Part shown: piece after piece, positions 25,769 through 34,233 of the stretch
Layout of the letters: each line of letters starts with the position of its first letter
How positions within the stretch are numbered: the stretch's first letter is position 1
Source: Mycobacteriales bacterium
GTDB lineage: Bacteria; Actinomycetota; Actinomycetes; Mycobacteriales; SCTD01
DNA length: 34,233 nucleotides
Reading direction: 5' to 3'
Assembly: GCA_046596735.1 (NCBI GenBank)
Contig: JBKJLP010000269.1
Coordinates: 1-34,233 of the forward strand
Translations under genes and position numbers: made by a program
The notes under the pieces: generated by a model
Told to the model about the DNA's origin: nothing
The model's database searches: none
Seen by the model: the letters and a program-made list of their open reading frames with translations, nothing else

Positions 25769-28687
25769 CTACTTGGCCGTGGGAGACGGCGACGGGGAGG
25801 CCGAAGCCCCCAGCAGCGAAGCGAGCTGAGCGAGTGCGGCCTGCAGGCGCTTCTGCGCCTCGCCGTACGCCGCGAAGTCGCCCCGCTTGAGCGCGTCCTG
25901 CCCGTCCTTGAACGCCTGGTCCGCAGCGGCAACCGCGGACTTCACATCGCCAGCACCGGTCTGCGGCGTATCCGTGGGGGTCGGCGTACCGGCTGGTGTG
26001 GGTGCAGCGCCAGCCCCGAACAGCTCGTCCAGCGCCTGCGCCAACGTGGGTGCAGAGGCCACCCGATCGCCGAACGCAGCCAGCACGAGCTGCAAGGTTG
26101 GGTAGCTGTTGTCGCTACGCGCCCGGACGTAGATCGGCTCGATGTAGAGCAGCCCACCGCCGACCGGCAAGGTGAGCAAGTTGCCCACCACAACGTCGGA
26201 GTTACCTCGCTCCAACGGCAACAGGTCGTCGCGGACGCGGGCGTCCGAGCCGAACTGGTTAGCCACCTGCTGCGGTCCGTTGACCGTCACGCTGTCCGGC
26301 AACTCGAGGATCCGGATCGTGCCGTAGTCACCCGGATCACTGGACACTGACGCGACGGCGGTGAGGTTCTGCCGACGCAGCGCCACGAAGGCACTGGTCA
26401 GCGAGAACGTCGCCTTGTCGGTGCCGGGGAACTGCTGCACGACGTAGTACGGCGGCTGGTCCGGTGCCCCTTGCCCGGCGTTGAACAACGAGCCCGCGCT
26501 GGGCGCTGCCGGGTTGGTGTCGGCCCCTGCAGTGACGCGCGACGCCGGGTCGCCCGGGATCTGCCAGTAGTCCTCGCCCTGGAAGAAGTCGGCGGCCGTG
26601 GTCAGGTGATAGCGGCCGAGCAGGTCGCGCTGAACCTTGAACAAGTCTTCCGGGTAGCGGAAGTGCTGCTCGAGCTCCAGGGGGATCTTGTCCTTGGGCG
26701 TGATGATCCCCTTGAACGCCTTGCTCCACGTCTTAAGGATCGGGTCCTCGTCATCCCACTGGTAAAGCGTCACGGCGCCGGTGAAGGCATCGACGGTGGC
26801 CTTGACCGAGTTGCGGATGTAGTTGACCGACTGGTCGGGCAGCCGCGTCGCGCCGTTGGTCTGGCTGTCGGCCGTGACAGCGCCGAGCGTTGTGCGTTGG
26901 GAGTACGGGTAGCCGGCCGAGGTGGTGTAACCGTCGAGGATCCAGACGATTTTTCCGTCGATCACAGCGGGGTATGGGTCGCCGTCGAGCTTAAGGAACG
27001 GCGCGACCTTCTGCACCCGTTCACGCGGCTCGCGGAGGTACATGATCCGCGATTCCTTGGTGAGGGCGCTGGAGAGCAAGAGGTTCTTCTCGCGGAACTT
27101 CAAGGCGTACGCGAGCTTGCGCACCACCCCGGACAGCTGGACCCCGCCGTCACCGCTATAGCTATACGTGGCTTCTGTGTCCGAATTGCCCACCGGGCCG
27201 TCGCTCTCGTCCGAGGCGGTTTTGACCACGGAGTAATCGACGGTGCCCTCACCGAAGTACACGCGCGGCTCCTTGACCGGCAACTCCTTGGGCGACTTCA
27301 CCGGCAAGTCACCAACGACGAAGTTCGGCTGCCCCTGCGGGTTCACCCGGTTGGCCGGAGCCAGCACGATTCCGTTGCCGTGCGTGTAAACCGTGCGTTC
27401 GTTGACCCAGTTGCGTTGCTGGTCCCGCAGTCCGGCGGTGTTGAGCTCGCGGACGGCGACGACATAGTCCTCGAGACCATCGCCGAGGTCGTAGCGGTCG
27501 ATGTCCAGGCTCTCGTTGAACCGGTAGTAGGAACGCAGGCCCTGGAACTGGCGGAACGTGTCGGACAGGACGTTGGGGTCGAGCAGCCGGATGTTAGGCA
27601 CGGTGCCCTTGTCGCCGCGCAACTGTGCTTGCGTCGCCGTCGCCAAACCGGCGTACGGCGTGGTTTTCACGTCGTCGATTTGGTAGGCCTTGCGGGTGGC
27701 TTCGATGTTGCGGTCAATGAACGTGGACTCGCGCTGCAACTCGTTGGGCTTCACCCGAATCGCCTGCGTGTAAGCCGGATAGATGCCGCCGATAACCACA
27801 GCCGAGATGACCAGCAGTGCCAGCGCGCCAGCGGGCAGCAGGAAGTTACGGACCACGATGTTGGCGAAGAACAGCAAGGCGCAGATGACCGCGATCCCGG
27901 CCAGAATCGTCTTGGCCGGCAGCACCGCGTTGACGTCCGTATAGGACGCCCCTTGCACGCGACCACGTTCGGAGAACGCCAGGCCGAAGCGGTCCAGGTA
28001 GTAACCGACCGCCTTCAGCAGGACCACGATGCCGACCAGTACCGACAGGTGGGCGCGGGCAGCCGAACTGACCTTCTCGCCTGGGGTCTGCAGCCGCACG
28101 CCACCGAACAGGTAGTGCGTGGCCGCCGCCGCCAGGAGCGACAGCACGACTGCGGTCAGCAAGAAGCCCAGGAGAAAGCGCTGGAAGGGGTAGGTCATCG
28201 CGAAGTAGCTGATGTCCTTACCGAACTGCGCGTCTTTCTCACCAAAGGACGTGCGGTTGGCGAACAGCGTCCACACCTGCCAGCGGCTCGCCGCCGACAG
28301 TCCCGCGAACAGCCCGAAGACCCCGCTGGCCAGCAGCACGAGCGGCACGAGGTACGGCTCGACGGCGACCCGGTAGCGCTCGAGATTTTGCTGCTCGAGC
28401 GACATCGGCCGAAACGGCGGTCGCGAACGGTAGGCGATGGTGAGGTTGATCCCGACGAACAGGGCCATCACCAGGCCGAACGCGAAGAACAGCAGCAGCT
28501 TGGTCTTCAGCACGGTCGTGAAGACCGTGCTGAAGCCGATCTGCCGATACCAGAGAAGGTCGGTGAACAGGGCGATGCCCACGCCGCCGATGATGAGGAT
28601 GGCGGCCACGACGGCGAGCGCCGGGGCGAGCAGACGGGGACGGGCAGGCAGCCCCGCCCCTGGGGTGCGGACAGCCACGCTTCCCAC
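25769..28687 (-). CDS. UPF0182-family large integral membrane protein
   Basis: 972 aa. The N-terminal multi-TM region has LLWYRQIGFSTVF and YFAMTYPFQRFLLGF, followed by a long extracytoplasmic region. The family is recognised from memory of actinobacterial UPF0182 proteins. Confidence 0.8.
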   Translation of the reverse strand: MGSVAVRTPGAGLPARPRLLAPALAVVAAILIIGGVGIALFTDLLWYRQIGFSTVFTTVLKTKLLLFFAFGLVMALFVGINLTIAYRSRPPFRPMSLEQQNLERYRVAVEPYLVPLVLLASGVFGLFAGLSAASRWQVWTLFANRTSFGEKDAQFGKDISYFAMTYPFQRFLLGFLLTAVVLSLLAAAATHYLFGGVRLQTPGEKVSSAARAHLSVLVGIVVLLKAVGYYLDRFGLAFSERGRVQGASYTDVNAVLPAKTILAGIAVICALLFFANIVVRNFLLPAGALALLVISAVVIGGIYPAYTQAIRVKPNELQRESTFIDRNIEATRKAYQIDDVKTTPYAGLATATQAQLRGDKGTVPNIRLLDPNVLSDTFRQFQGLRSYYRFNESLDIDRYDLGDGLEDYVVAVRELNTAGLRDQQRNWVNERTVYTHGNGIVLAPANRVNPQGQPNFVVGDLPVKSPKELPVKEPRVYFGEGTVDYSVVKTASDESDGPVGNSDTEATYSYSGDGGVQLSGVVRKLAYALKFREKNLLLSSALTKESRIMYLREPRERVQKVAPFLKLDGDPYPAVIDGKIVWILDGYTTSAGYPYSQRTTLGAVTADSQTNGATRLPDQSVNYIRNSVKATVDAFTGAVTLYQWDDEDPILKTWSKAFKGIITPKDKIPLELEQHFRYPEDLFKVQRDLLGRYHLTTAADFFQGEDYWQIPGDPASRVTAGADTNPAAPSAGSLFNAGQGAPDQPPYYVVQQFPGTDKATFSLTSAFVALRRQNLTAVASVSSDPGDYGTIRILELPDSVTVNGPQQVANQFGSDARVRDDLLPLERGNSDVVVGNLLTLPVGGGLLYIEPIYVRARSDNSYPTLQLVLAAFGDRVASAPTLAQALDELFGAGAAPTPAGTPTPTDTPQTGAGDVKSAVAAADQAFKDGQDALKRGDFAAYGEAQKRLQAALAQLASLLGASASPSPSPTAK

Positions 28688-28769
28688 TTCCAGTAGGTCG
28701 GACGCTTCAGATTCTTAGCGCTTCCTCTGTTCGACTCAACCACACAGCCCGGAGTTCCCGTCGGGCACG

Positions 28770-29339
28770 ATGGTGACCATGACGCAACCTGGGGAGGCCA
28801 GCCCGCGCAGCGCCGCGCTCTTCGCCGTGGTCGGTGAGGTCGAGGGCCACGTGGCCGAAGCGGGCTGGGACCAACCGCCGCAGTTGTTCGCCCTGGTCGA
28901 CACCGAGCAGCTACTGAAGGCGGAACCGCAGCTGGCTGAGTCGCTGGGGCTGGTCGCCGCTGTACCCGGGTCGCTCACGCCGGTCGCGCAAGAGGAGCTG
29001 GCCGACGAGCCGCTGGACGAGGCGCTCGCGCGCATCCAGTTCGGGACCGAGGTGCTCGGTGTCGTCCTCGTCCACGAGGTGCTGATTCTGCCGCCGGCGG
29101 CGGAAGCTGCCCTGGACGAGGCCGATCCGGTGGGCGGCGCGGCAGCCCACCCCGATCGGCGCGAGGTGCGGATGGTCGTCGCCGTCGTGCGAGACGGGAC
29201 CCGCGAATGCCTGCTGCGCGTGCGCGGAGCGGACGGTCAGTCCGACGACCTGCTCAGCGGGCCCGACCTCGCGCCGGCACTCGCGGACGCGTTGCTCGCG
29301 ACGCTCGACGAGGGGCCCTCGGCACCGGCTCGACGCTGA
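28770..29339 (+). CDS. Conserved actinobacterial protein (PPA1309-family-like); function unknown
   Basis: It is divergent from the UPF0182 gene as in other actinobacteria, acidic, and has high GC3. The family name is recalled from memory and was not verified. Confidence 0.55.
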   Translation: MVTMTQPGEASPRSAALFAVVGEVEGHVAEAGWDQPPQLFALVDTEQLLKAEPQLAESLGLVAAVPGSLTPVAQEELADEPLDEALARIQFGTEVLGVVLVHEVLILPPAAEAALDEADPVGGAAAHPDRREVRMVVAVVRDGTRECLLRVRGADGQSDDLLSGPDLAPALADALLATLDEGPSAPARR

Positions 29340-32019
29340 CCGGGAGGTCCAGCGCGAACTCCGAGCCCTTGCCCACTTCGGAGGTGAACGACAGCGGGAA
29401 GCCAGCTTCCTCGGCAAGCCGCCGCACGAAGGACAGGCCCAGTCCCAGCCCGCCGACGCGACGGGTGGCCGAGCCGTCCACCTGGGCGAACGACGTGAAC
29501 AGAGCCTCGTGGTCGTCGGCGGAGATACCCGGCCCCGCGTCGCGGACGGCGAGCCGGACGAAATCTCCCTCCCGCGTCGCCACCAAGGTCACCGCCGCTC
29601 CCCCGGCGCTGTACTTCAGAGCGTTGTCGATGAGCTCGTCGAGCGCCTTGCCGACCCAGGTCGGGTCCACCAGGACCGGCGGCAGACCGGCCGCCACGCG
29701 ACGGCGTAAATCCTTAGCCCGTCGGGGTTCCTTGGCTCGCCAGGCCACGAGCCGCGCATCAACGAGGTCCTTCACAGCCACCGGCCGGGGCGTGACCACG
29801 ACGCGGTCAGCCTCGATCGCGGCCACATCGACCAGCAGGTCGACGACGCGGTTCATCTTGATGCTCTCGTCGCGGATGACGGTGGCGAAAGACGGCACCT
29901 TCGCCGCGTAGCGGCCGGTCTTGTCCGTCAACATCTCGGCGTAGCCGTAGATCGAGGTCATCGGGGTGCGCAACTCGTGGCTGACGTTGGACAGGAACTC
30001 GGTCTTCATCCGCTCGATCTCGCGCTCGCGGGTGGTGTCGCGCAACACGAGCACAAGGCCTTCGAGCCCTGATTCGCCATCCAGGTCGGCGATCGCGACA
30101 CGCACGGGCACGGTGTCGTCGGAACCTCGATGGACCTCGCCGGCGGCATCGAGCAACCGGTCACCGGTGGTCAGCATGGGCGTCCCGGCCGCATCGCGGA
30201 GGTCGACAACCTCGATAAGCGGTCGACCGAGCGCTTCCTCCGGCGCGGTGAGGCCGACCAGTCGCAGCGCCGCGGGATTGATGCTGGTGACCAGCCCGTT
30301 GGCGTCGGTCGCCACCAGGCCGTCGGACATCGACGTGAGCACCGTCTGCAGCCGGGTGGCGGAGGACCTCAGGTCGCCGGTGAGCTGGGCCAGCGAGCCG
30401 GTCATCGCATCGAAGGTCCGCGACAGCGTTCCCACCTCGTCCACCGATCGCACGTCGGCGCTGGCGCTGAGGTCGCCAGCGGAAACCCGCTCAGCGGCGG
30501 CGGTGAGGCGGCGGACCGGGTCGACCGTACGACGCCCGACGAGTAGCGCCAGCGCACCGACCAACGCGGTCGCCAGCAGCGCGGTGGCCAGCAAATAGGT
30601 CAGCGCGCGGCGCTGCGCGGCTAGCGAGAGCGCGGCGTCGCGGGACAGCGCGATCACGCCTAGGGCCGTGCCGTCCGGGGCGCTCACGTAGGCAAACTGG
30701 ACCGTCGGCTCCGAGCCCTCGGCCGGCACGGTCAGCCCCTGTGAGGTGTCCGGTCCGAGCCCGTCGCGCACGTCGTTGCGGTCCGCAATCCGCTGCACCT
30801 GCGCACGTTCTCCCGCCGACAGGTTGCTGGCCACGACGCGCCCACCGATGAGGAACGACAGCCCGTAGACCCCGGCGGCGACATCGTTGGCGGCGTAGGC
30901 GTCATCGAGGCGTACGCCATAAATCACCGCGCTGGTCGGGGCGAGCGGTCGGTCGACCGCGATCGCGATGGCCGCCAGCCCGGGCGGGGATCCGACGAGT
31001 CGGACGATCGAGGTAACAACCGTGTTGATCCGCTCCGCCTGCGCGTCGGGCTGCGTGCTCCCCGCGAACACCGCACGTACGGACGCATCCCGTGTGAGGC
31101 CGAGCCGCTCCGAGGCGCGCAGCGGCGTCTGTCCGCCCAGCGACGCCGCCTGTCCGGCCCGGTTGACCTGTACGACGAAGTCGTCGGTTGTGTCGCCACT
31201 GGTAAACCGCTCACGGGCAGCCTGGCAGGCTCCGCGGGTGCACAACTCCGCCGCGATCGGAACGAAGGCCCGCGCAGCGTCGATCACGCGGTTGACCGCT
31301 GCGAGCCGGTCGGCCGCCGCCTCTCGGACGAGTTGCTGTGCCTGGTCGTCGTAGGACTGCACGACGACTGTCCCGACAACGCCGACGGCAGCGGCCGCCA
31401 TCGCCAGCACGCCGGCCAGGGTGGCCGCAACGACCTTGCCGAGCAGGCTGCGCCGGGCCAGCCGGATCAGGCCGGCCAGGACGAGCCCGGCACCGACGCC
31501 GCGCAGGGTGACGGTCAACGACCCCAGCGATCCACTCGAGCCGGCGCCGCCACTGACGGCGGCCGCCACGGCGTTGACCGCGAGCCCAGCAGCGATCAGC
31601 CGGGTGCCGAGGTCGCGGGTGGCCCGCCACCAGCCAGCCCCGGCGGCCAGTCCCAGGCCCACCGCGGCCAGGGTGGCCGGACCAGGTCGGGCCGCGAGCG
31701 GGACAACGACAGAGGGCAGCGCGACTGAGGGCGACACCGGCTTCACCGGCGCCGAACCCAGCCCGCCGCGCAGCAACCCCGCGGCGACCAGCAGCCCGCC
31801 CGCTGCCCGGACCAGGGCGATCGCATCGGAGCTCGACGTGCCGAAGGCGACGGCCGTGGCGATGTCGGCGCCGGCCAGCGCCAGCGCACCGAGGGCGACC
31901 AACAGAGCACCGCCGCCCCGTCGAGGCAGAACGAGCGCCGTGCCCGCCAGGGCCACCCACGCGGCGACGGCCAGAAGCTGGACTGTGCCCAGGAGCGCGA
32001 ACGGCACCCCAGGCTCCAT
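29254..32019 (-). CDS. Sensor histidine kinase: multi-TM N-terminus, ~250-aa extracytoplasmic domain, HAMP, PAS, HisKA, HATPase
   Basis: It has an H-box FLSNVSHELRTPMTSI, an N-box LIDNALKYS, and G-boxes RDAGPGI and GGLGLGLS. A HAMP-like segment follows the TM helix LLATALLATALVGALALLVG. No response regulator gene lies in the window. Confidence 0.85.
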   Translation of the reverse strand: MEPGVPFALLGTVQLLAVAAWVALAGTALVLPRRGGGALLVALGALALAGADIATAVAFGTSSSDAIALVRAAGGLLVAAGLLRGGLGSAPVKPVSPSVALPSVVVPLAARPGPATLAAVGLGLAAGAGWWRATRDLGTRLIAAGLAVNAVAAAVSGGAGSSGSLGSLTVTLRGVGAGLVLAGLIRLARRSLLGKVVAATLAGVLAMAAAAVGVVGTVVVQSYDDQAQQLVREAAADRLAAVNRVIDAARAFVPIAAELCTRGACQAARERFTSGDTTDDFVVQVNRAGQAASLGGQTPLRASERLGLTRDASVRAVFAGSTQPDAQAERINTVVTSIVRLVGSPPGLAAIAIAVDRPLAPTSAVIYGVRLDDAYAANDVAAGVYGLSFLIGGRVVASNLSAGERAQVQRIADRNDVRDGLGPDTSQGLTVPAEGSEPTVQFAYVSAPDGTALGVIALSRDAALSLAAQRRALTYLLATALLATALVGALALLVGRRTVDPVRRLTAAAERVSAGDLSASADVRSVDEVGTLSRTFDAMTGSLAQLTGDLRSSATRLQTVLTSMSDGLVATDANGLVTSINPAALRLVGLTAPEEALGRPLIEVVDLRDAAGTPMLTTGDRLLDAAGEVHRGSDDTVPVRVAIADLDGESGLEGLVLVLRDTTREREIERMKTEFLSNVSHELRTPMTSIYGYAEMLTDKTGRYAAKVPSFATVIRDESIKMNRVVDLLVDVAAIEADRVVVTPRPVAVKDLVDARLVAWRAKEPRRAKDLRRRVAAGLPPVLVDPTWVGKALDELIDNALKYSAGGAAVTLVATREGDFVRLAVRDAGPGISADDHEALFTSFAQVDGSATRRVGGLGLGLSFVRRLAEEAGFPLSFTSEVGKGSEFALDLPVSVEPVPRAPRRASRATRPRVPARGRAR

Positions 32020-32054
32020 GCCGGGAGTCTAGGAGTGCGCGGGCCTGTCGGCGG

Positions 32055-33095
32055 TCACGTGGGACACGGCGTGGTGGGCTTTCCGCTGGCCAGCCGCCCG
32101 AGCTGGCCCAGCGCGTCCTTGAGCGACGTGACCTGGATCAACGTCAGCCCCTTCGGCGGGTGGTCCACGGCAGCGGCGCAGTTGGCCTTCGGGACTAAGA
32201 AGGCGACGGCTCCCTTATCGCGGGCACCGATGAGCTTTTGCTGAATCCCACCGATCGGCCCGACGTTGCCGGCGTTGTCGATCGTGCCTGTACCCGCGAT
32301 GAACTTGCCTTGGGTGAGAGAGCCGGGGGTGAGCTTGTCGATGATGCCGAGCGAGAACATCAGCCCAGCACTGGGACCGCCGACGTCCTTGAGGGAGATA
32401 TCCACCTTGACCGGGTAATCGGTGCGCTCCGACGTCAGCACACCGATGACCGGCCGCACCGTGCCGTCCTTGTCGCGGGTGGACCCGGTGCGGATCGTGA
32501 CCCGCGCCGGCTTGCCGCCACGGACCACGCCGATGACGACGGTGGCGCCCGGCGCGCGGGCGCCGATCCGCGCGCGCAACGCGGCAGCGTCGCGGATCGC
32601 CGTCCCGTCGACCGACGTGAGGACGTCATCGGCCGTGAGCTTGCCGACCGACGGCGAGCCGGCCTGGACCTCTTGGACGAAGACCTTCGTGATGCCGGGG
32701 ATGCCGAGCTGGTTGAGCGCCGCCGTCGTCGCGCTGTCTTTGGACTCGGTCATCGCCGCGATGTCCTGCTTACGTACGTCGGCCTCGGAGGTGTCCGGCG
32801 GGTAGATCACGTCGCGCGGCACGACCGCGAGATCGCTCTGAAACCAACCGCGTACGGCCTGCAGCAGGGTCAGCCGGCTGATAACGCTGATGGTCGTCAG
32901 GTTGAGGTTGCCCGAGTCGGGATAGGTCGTGCGCCCGGTGATCGTGATGACCTCGCGACCCCCGGTCTCGCCGAGCGTGTTGAACGTCGGCCCCGGAGCC
33001 AGCGCGACATAGGGCACGGCGGACGCACCGGCGAAGCCCCCGAGCCCGAGCAGCAAAGTGCTGGCGAGCAGCAGGGTCAGGGTGCGCCGGGACAC
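32055..33095 (-). CDS. PDZ-domain protein with a Lon-protease (S16) C-terminal domain (YlbL/SdrC-like)
   Basis: It has an N-terminal TM/signal segment and a PDZ segment (VQAGSPSVGKLTADDVLTSVDG). The Lon-like catalytic region is GGPSAGLMFSLGIIDKL...GIQQKLIGARDKGA. Confidence 0.8.
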   Translation of the reverse strand: MSRRTLTLLLASTLLLGLGGFAGASAVPYVALAPGPTFNTLGETGGREVITITGRTTYPDSGNLNLTTISVISRLTLLQAVRGWFQSDLAVVPRDVIYPPDTSEADVRKQDIAAMTESKDSATTAALNQLGIPGITKVFVQEVQAGSPSVGKLTADDVLTSVDGTAIRDAAALRARIGARAPGATVVIGVVRGGKPARVTIRTGSTRDKDGTVRPVIGVLTSERTDYPVKVDISLKDVGGPSAGLMFSLGIIDKLTPGSLTQGKFIAGTGTIDNAGNVGPIGGIQQKLIGARDKGAVAFLVPKANCAAAVDHPPKGLTLIQVTSLKDALGQLGRLASGKPTTPCPT

Positions 33096-33142
33096 CGGGC
33101 GAGCCTACGTCCGTACGACGTGAGCCGCCGGTCCAGAACGCG

Positions 33143-33517
33143 TCAGGCGAAAAAGCCCAGGCTCTTGGCGCCACCGGTCGCGTGGCCGTTGGATGCGGCC
33201 TGTGCGACGACGAGGTGCCGCTCGCCGTGCGGCGGCTGCTCCGGCATCGCCATCACGGGCGCGAGCTCGGGCTCAGCCGCCAGCGGCTGTTCCTGCGGGA
33301 GCGGCTCCTCACTGTGCACGGGCGATTCGCCTTCGACCTCGACGCGGTAGTAGGCGCGGAAGGCCAGCGGGACCTCGCTCAGCGTGTGACAGCTGACCTG
33401 ACTCACGCCCTCGACGTTGCGCAGGTGCTCGACCAGGCGGACGGCCTCGTCGAGGTTGGGCAGACGGCGAAACGCCGGAGCTCCGTCCGGGCTGGGAAAG
33501 AACACGACGTGCTCCAT
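33143..33517 (-). CDS. Conserved hypothetical protein (124 aa)
   Basis: The ATG at 33517 has an AAGGAG sequence 7 nt upstream. A structured N-terminal half (MEHVVFFPSPDGAPAFRRLPNLDEAVRLVEHLRNVEG) is followed by a Pro/Glu-rich tail. Confidence 0.55.
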   Translation of the reverse strand: MEHVVFFPSPDGAPAFRRLPNLDEAVRLVEHLRNVEGVSQVSCHTLSEVPLAFRAYYRVEVEGESPVHSEEPLPQEQPLAAEPELAPVMAMPEQPPHGERHLVVAQAASNGHATGGAKSLGFFA

Positions 33518-33545
33518 GTGGGAGCTCCTTAGGGCTGCAACAAGC

Positions 33546-33567
33546 GGGGCCGCACCCTGCGGTCCCC
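33546..33567 (-). terminator. Weak hairpin between the small membrane ORF and the next gene
   Basis: ggggccgca-ccc-tgcggtcccc has one bulge. On the minus strand only a short cttgtt follows it. Confidence 0.25.
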
Positions 33568-33622
33568 TCACGCCCCAACGTTGTCGGCTCGCGAGCCCCC
33601 TCGTCTTGAGCGGTGGGTCAGA

Positions 33623-33823
33623 TCAGCGCCTGCGGTGGTCCTGGCTGGCGGCGCCCCGGGAACCCGGCATCGGCGCGGCGAGGGCGGCCCGGAACCGCTC
33701 GTGCTCGCGGACCGAGTCGGCGGCGGCGACCGGCCCCCGGGAGCGGTTGGTCCAGGTGGCCCAGGCCATCGCGACAAGCGTCATGACGGGCACCGGGAGC
33801 AACCAGATCAGCCAGGCAGGCAC
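33623..33823 (-). CDS. Possible small single-TM protein (66 aa) downstream of moaE
   Basis: This is the tail of the 169-aa ORF beyond the moaE stop. It has a GTG start and a hydrophobic segment PAWLIWLLPVPVMTLVAMAWATW. There is no clear Shine-Dalgarno sequence, and the start is uncertain. Confidence 0.3.
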   Translation of the reverse strand: MPAWLIWLLPVPVMTLVAMAWATWTNRSRGPVAAADSVREHERFRAALAAPMPGSRGAASQDHRRR

Positions 33824-33842
33824 GTGGCGACTGTAACGGCCC

Positions 33843-34232
33843 TCAGGGGGTTCCGACCCACTCCGGCTCGCCGGTGACGAACACCTGCCGCTTCCAGATC
33901 GGCACGGTCGCCTTGAGGTCATCGATGAGCCGCCGGGCCGCCTCGAACGCTTCGGCGCGATGGGCGGCCGAGGCCGCCACGACGACCGCGACGTCGCCGA
34001 CGGCGAGCAGTCCGGTCCGATGCACGGCAGCGAGCGCCCGAACCGGGAGCTCCGCGGCGACGGCCTGCGCAACCGCCTGGAGGGCTGCCAGGGCATCCGG
34101 GTGGGCGACGTACTCCAACGCCGTGACGGCACGACCCTCGTCGGAGTCGCGGACCACTCCGGTGAAGCTGACCACCCCGCCGGCCCCGGCGTCCTCGACC
34201 GACGCGACGACGGCAGCCACGTCGATCGGCGC
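33843..34232 (-). CDS. moaE: Molybdopterin synthase catalytic subunit; reading frame open to the window edge
   Basis: VVSFTGVVRD, LEYVAHPD, HRTGLLAVGDVAVVVAASAAHRAEAF and VPIWKRQ match the MoaE pattern. The frame continues upstream of the GTG at 34220 to the end of the window. Confidence 0.75.
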   Translation of the reverse strand, partial: APIDVAAVVASVEDAGAGGVVSFTGVVRDSDEGRAVTALEYVAHPDALAALQAVAQAVAAELPVRALAAVHRTGLLAVGDVAVVVAASAAHRAEAFEAARRLIDDLKATVPIWKRQVFVTGEPEWVGTP

Positions 34233-34233
34233 C

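Noticed and set aside
26471-28696. Very long antisense or alternative-frame ORFs (e.g. 26471-28696 +, 16833-18179 +, 21179-22417 -, 22410-23540 -, 32238-33350 +, 6171-7202 -, 2787-3785 +, 1658-2716 +)
   Set aside because: These are typical stop-codon-poor shadow ORFs of high-G+C DNA. Their translations are low-complexity R/G/P/A/D-rich, carry no recognisable motifs, and each lies fully opposite a gene with clear family signatures.
33824-34132. Upstream part of the 169-aa ORF 33623..34132 (-)
   Set aside because: It overlaps moaE in another frame and is Pro/Arg/Ser-rich. Only the portion downstream of the moaE stop is kept, as a low-confidence small membrane ORF.
1-34233. CRISPR arrays, tandem repeats, IS elements, toxin-antitoxin or classical defence genes
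   Set aside because: Reading both strands, I saw no regularly spaced repeats, terminal inverted repeats, nuclease/helicase/methylase signatures or small paired ORFs typical of these systems.

Overview
This is a high-G+C, actinobacterial-type chromosomal window with about 30 genes. I saw no rRNA, CRISPR array, transposase or integrase. All family calls come from reading motifs in the supplied translations, because no HMM or BLAST search was possible.

Positions 594-25235 look like an accessory carbohydrate or glycoconjugate locus made of tightly coupled operons (ATGA, GTGA and TAGTG stop/start overlaps):
- (a) minus strand: a ceramidase-like amidohydrolase, a small Cys-rich protein and a mutarotase-like protein.
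- (b) plus strand: a GH172(DUF2961)-SCP2 fusion, a GH84 beta-N-acetylglucosaminidase, a ROK repressor and an alpha/beta hydrolase.
- (c) minus strand: nagA and an alpha/beta hydrolase, divergent from a plus-strand operon of a ROK-like kinase, a SIS-domain protein and an ADP-ribosylglycohydrolase-family protein.
- (d) minus strand: a Liv-type ABC importer with a fused LivH-LivM permease, an MFS-LivF fusion, a membrane-anchored binding protein and a lipoprotein.
- (e) plus strand: a frameshifted secreted protein, a Gfo/Idh/MocA oxidoreductase, a 7-TM double-PQ-loop (SWEET-like) protein and a second Gfo/Idh/MocA oxidoreductase.

Four of these transcription units are preceded by the same AT-rich bipartite motif, TATTTG-N11-TACTTATC. 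This ties them into one candidate regulon and is the best candidate here for an undescribed system.

Positions 25651-34233 are conserved housekeeping synteny: initiator tRNA-Met, a UPF0182 membrane protein, a PPA1309-like protein, an orphan multi-TM HAMP/PAS histidine kinase, a PDZ/Lon-like protease, small conserved proteins and a moaE fragment.
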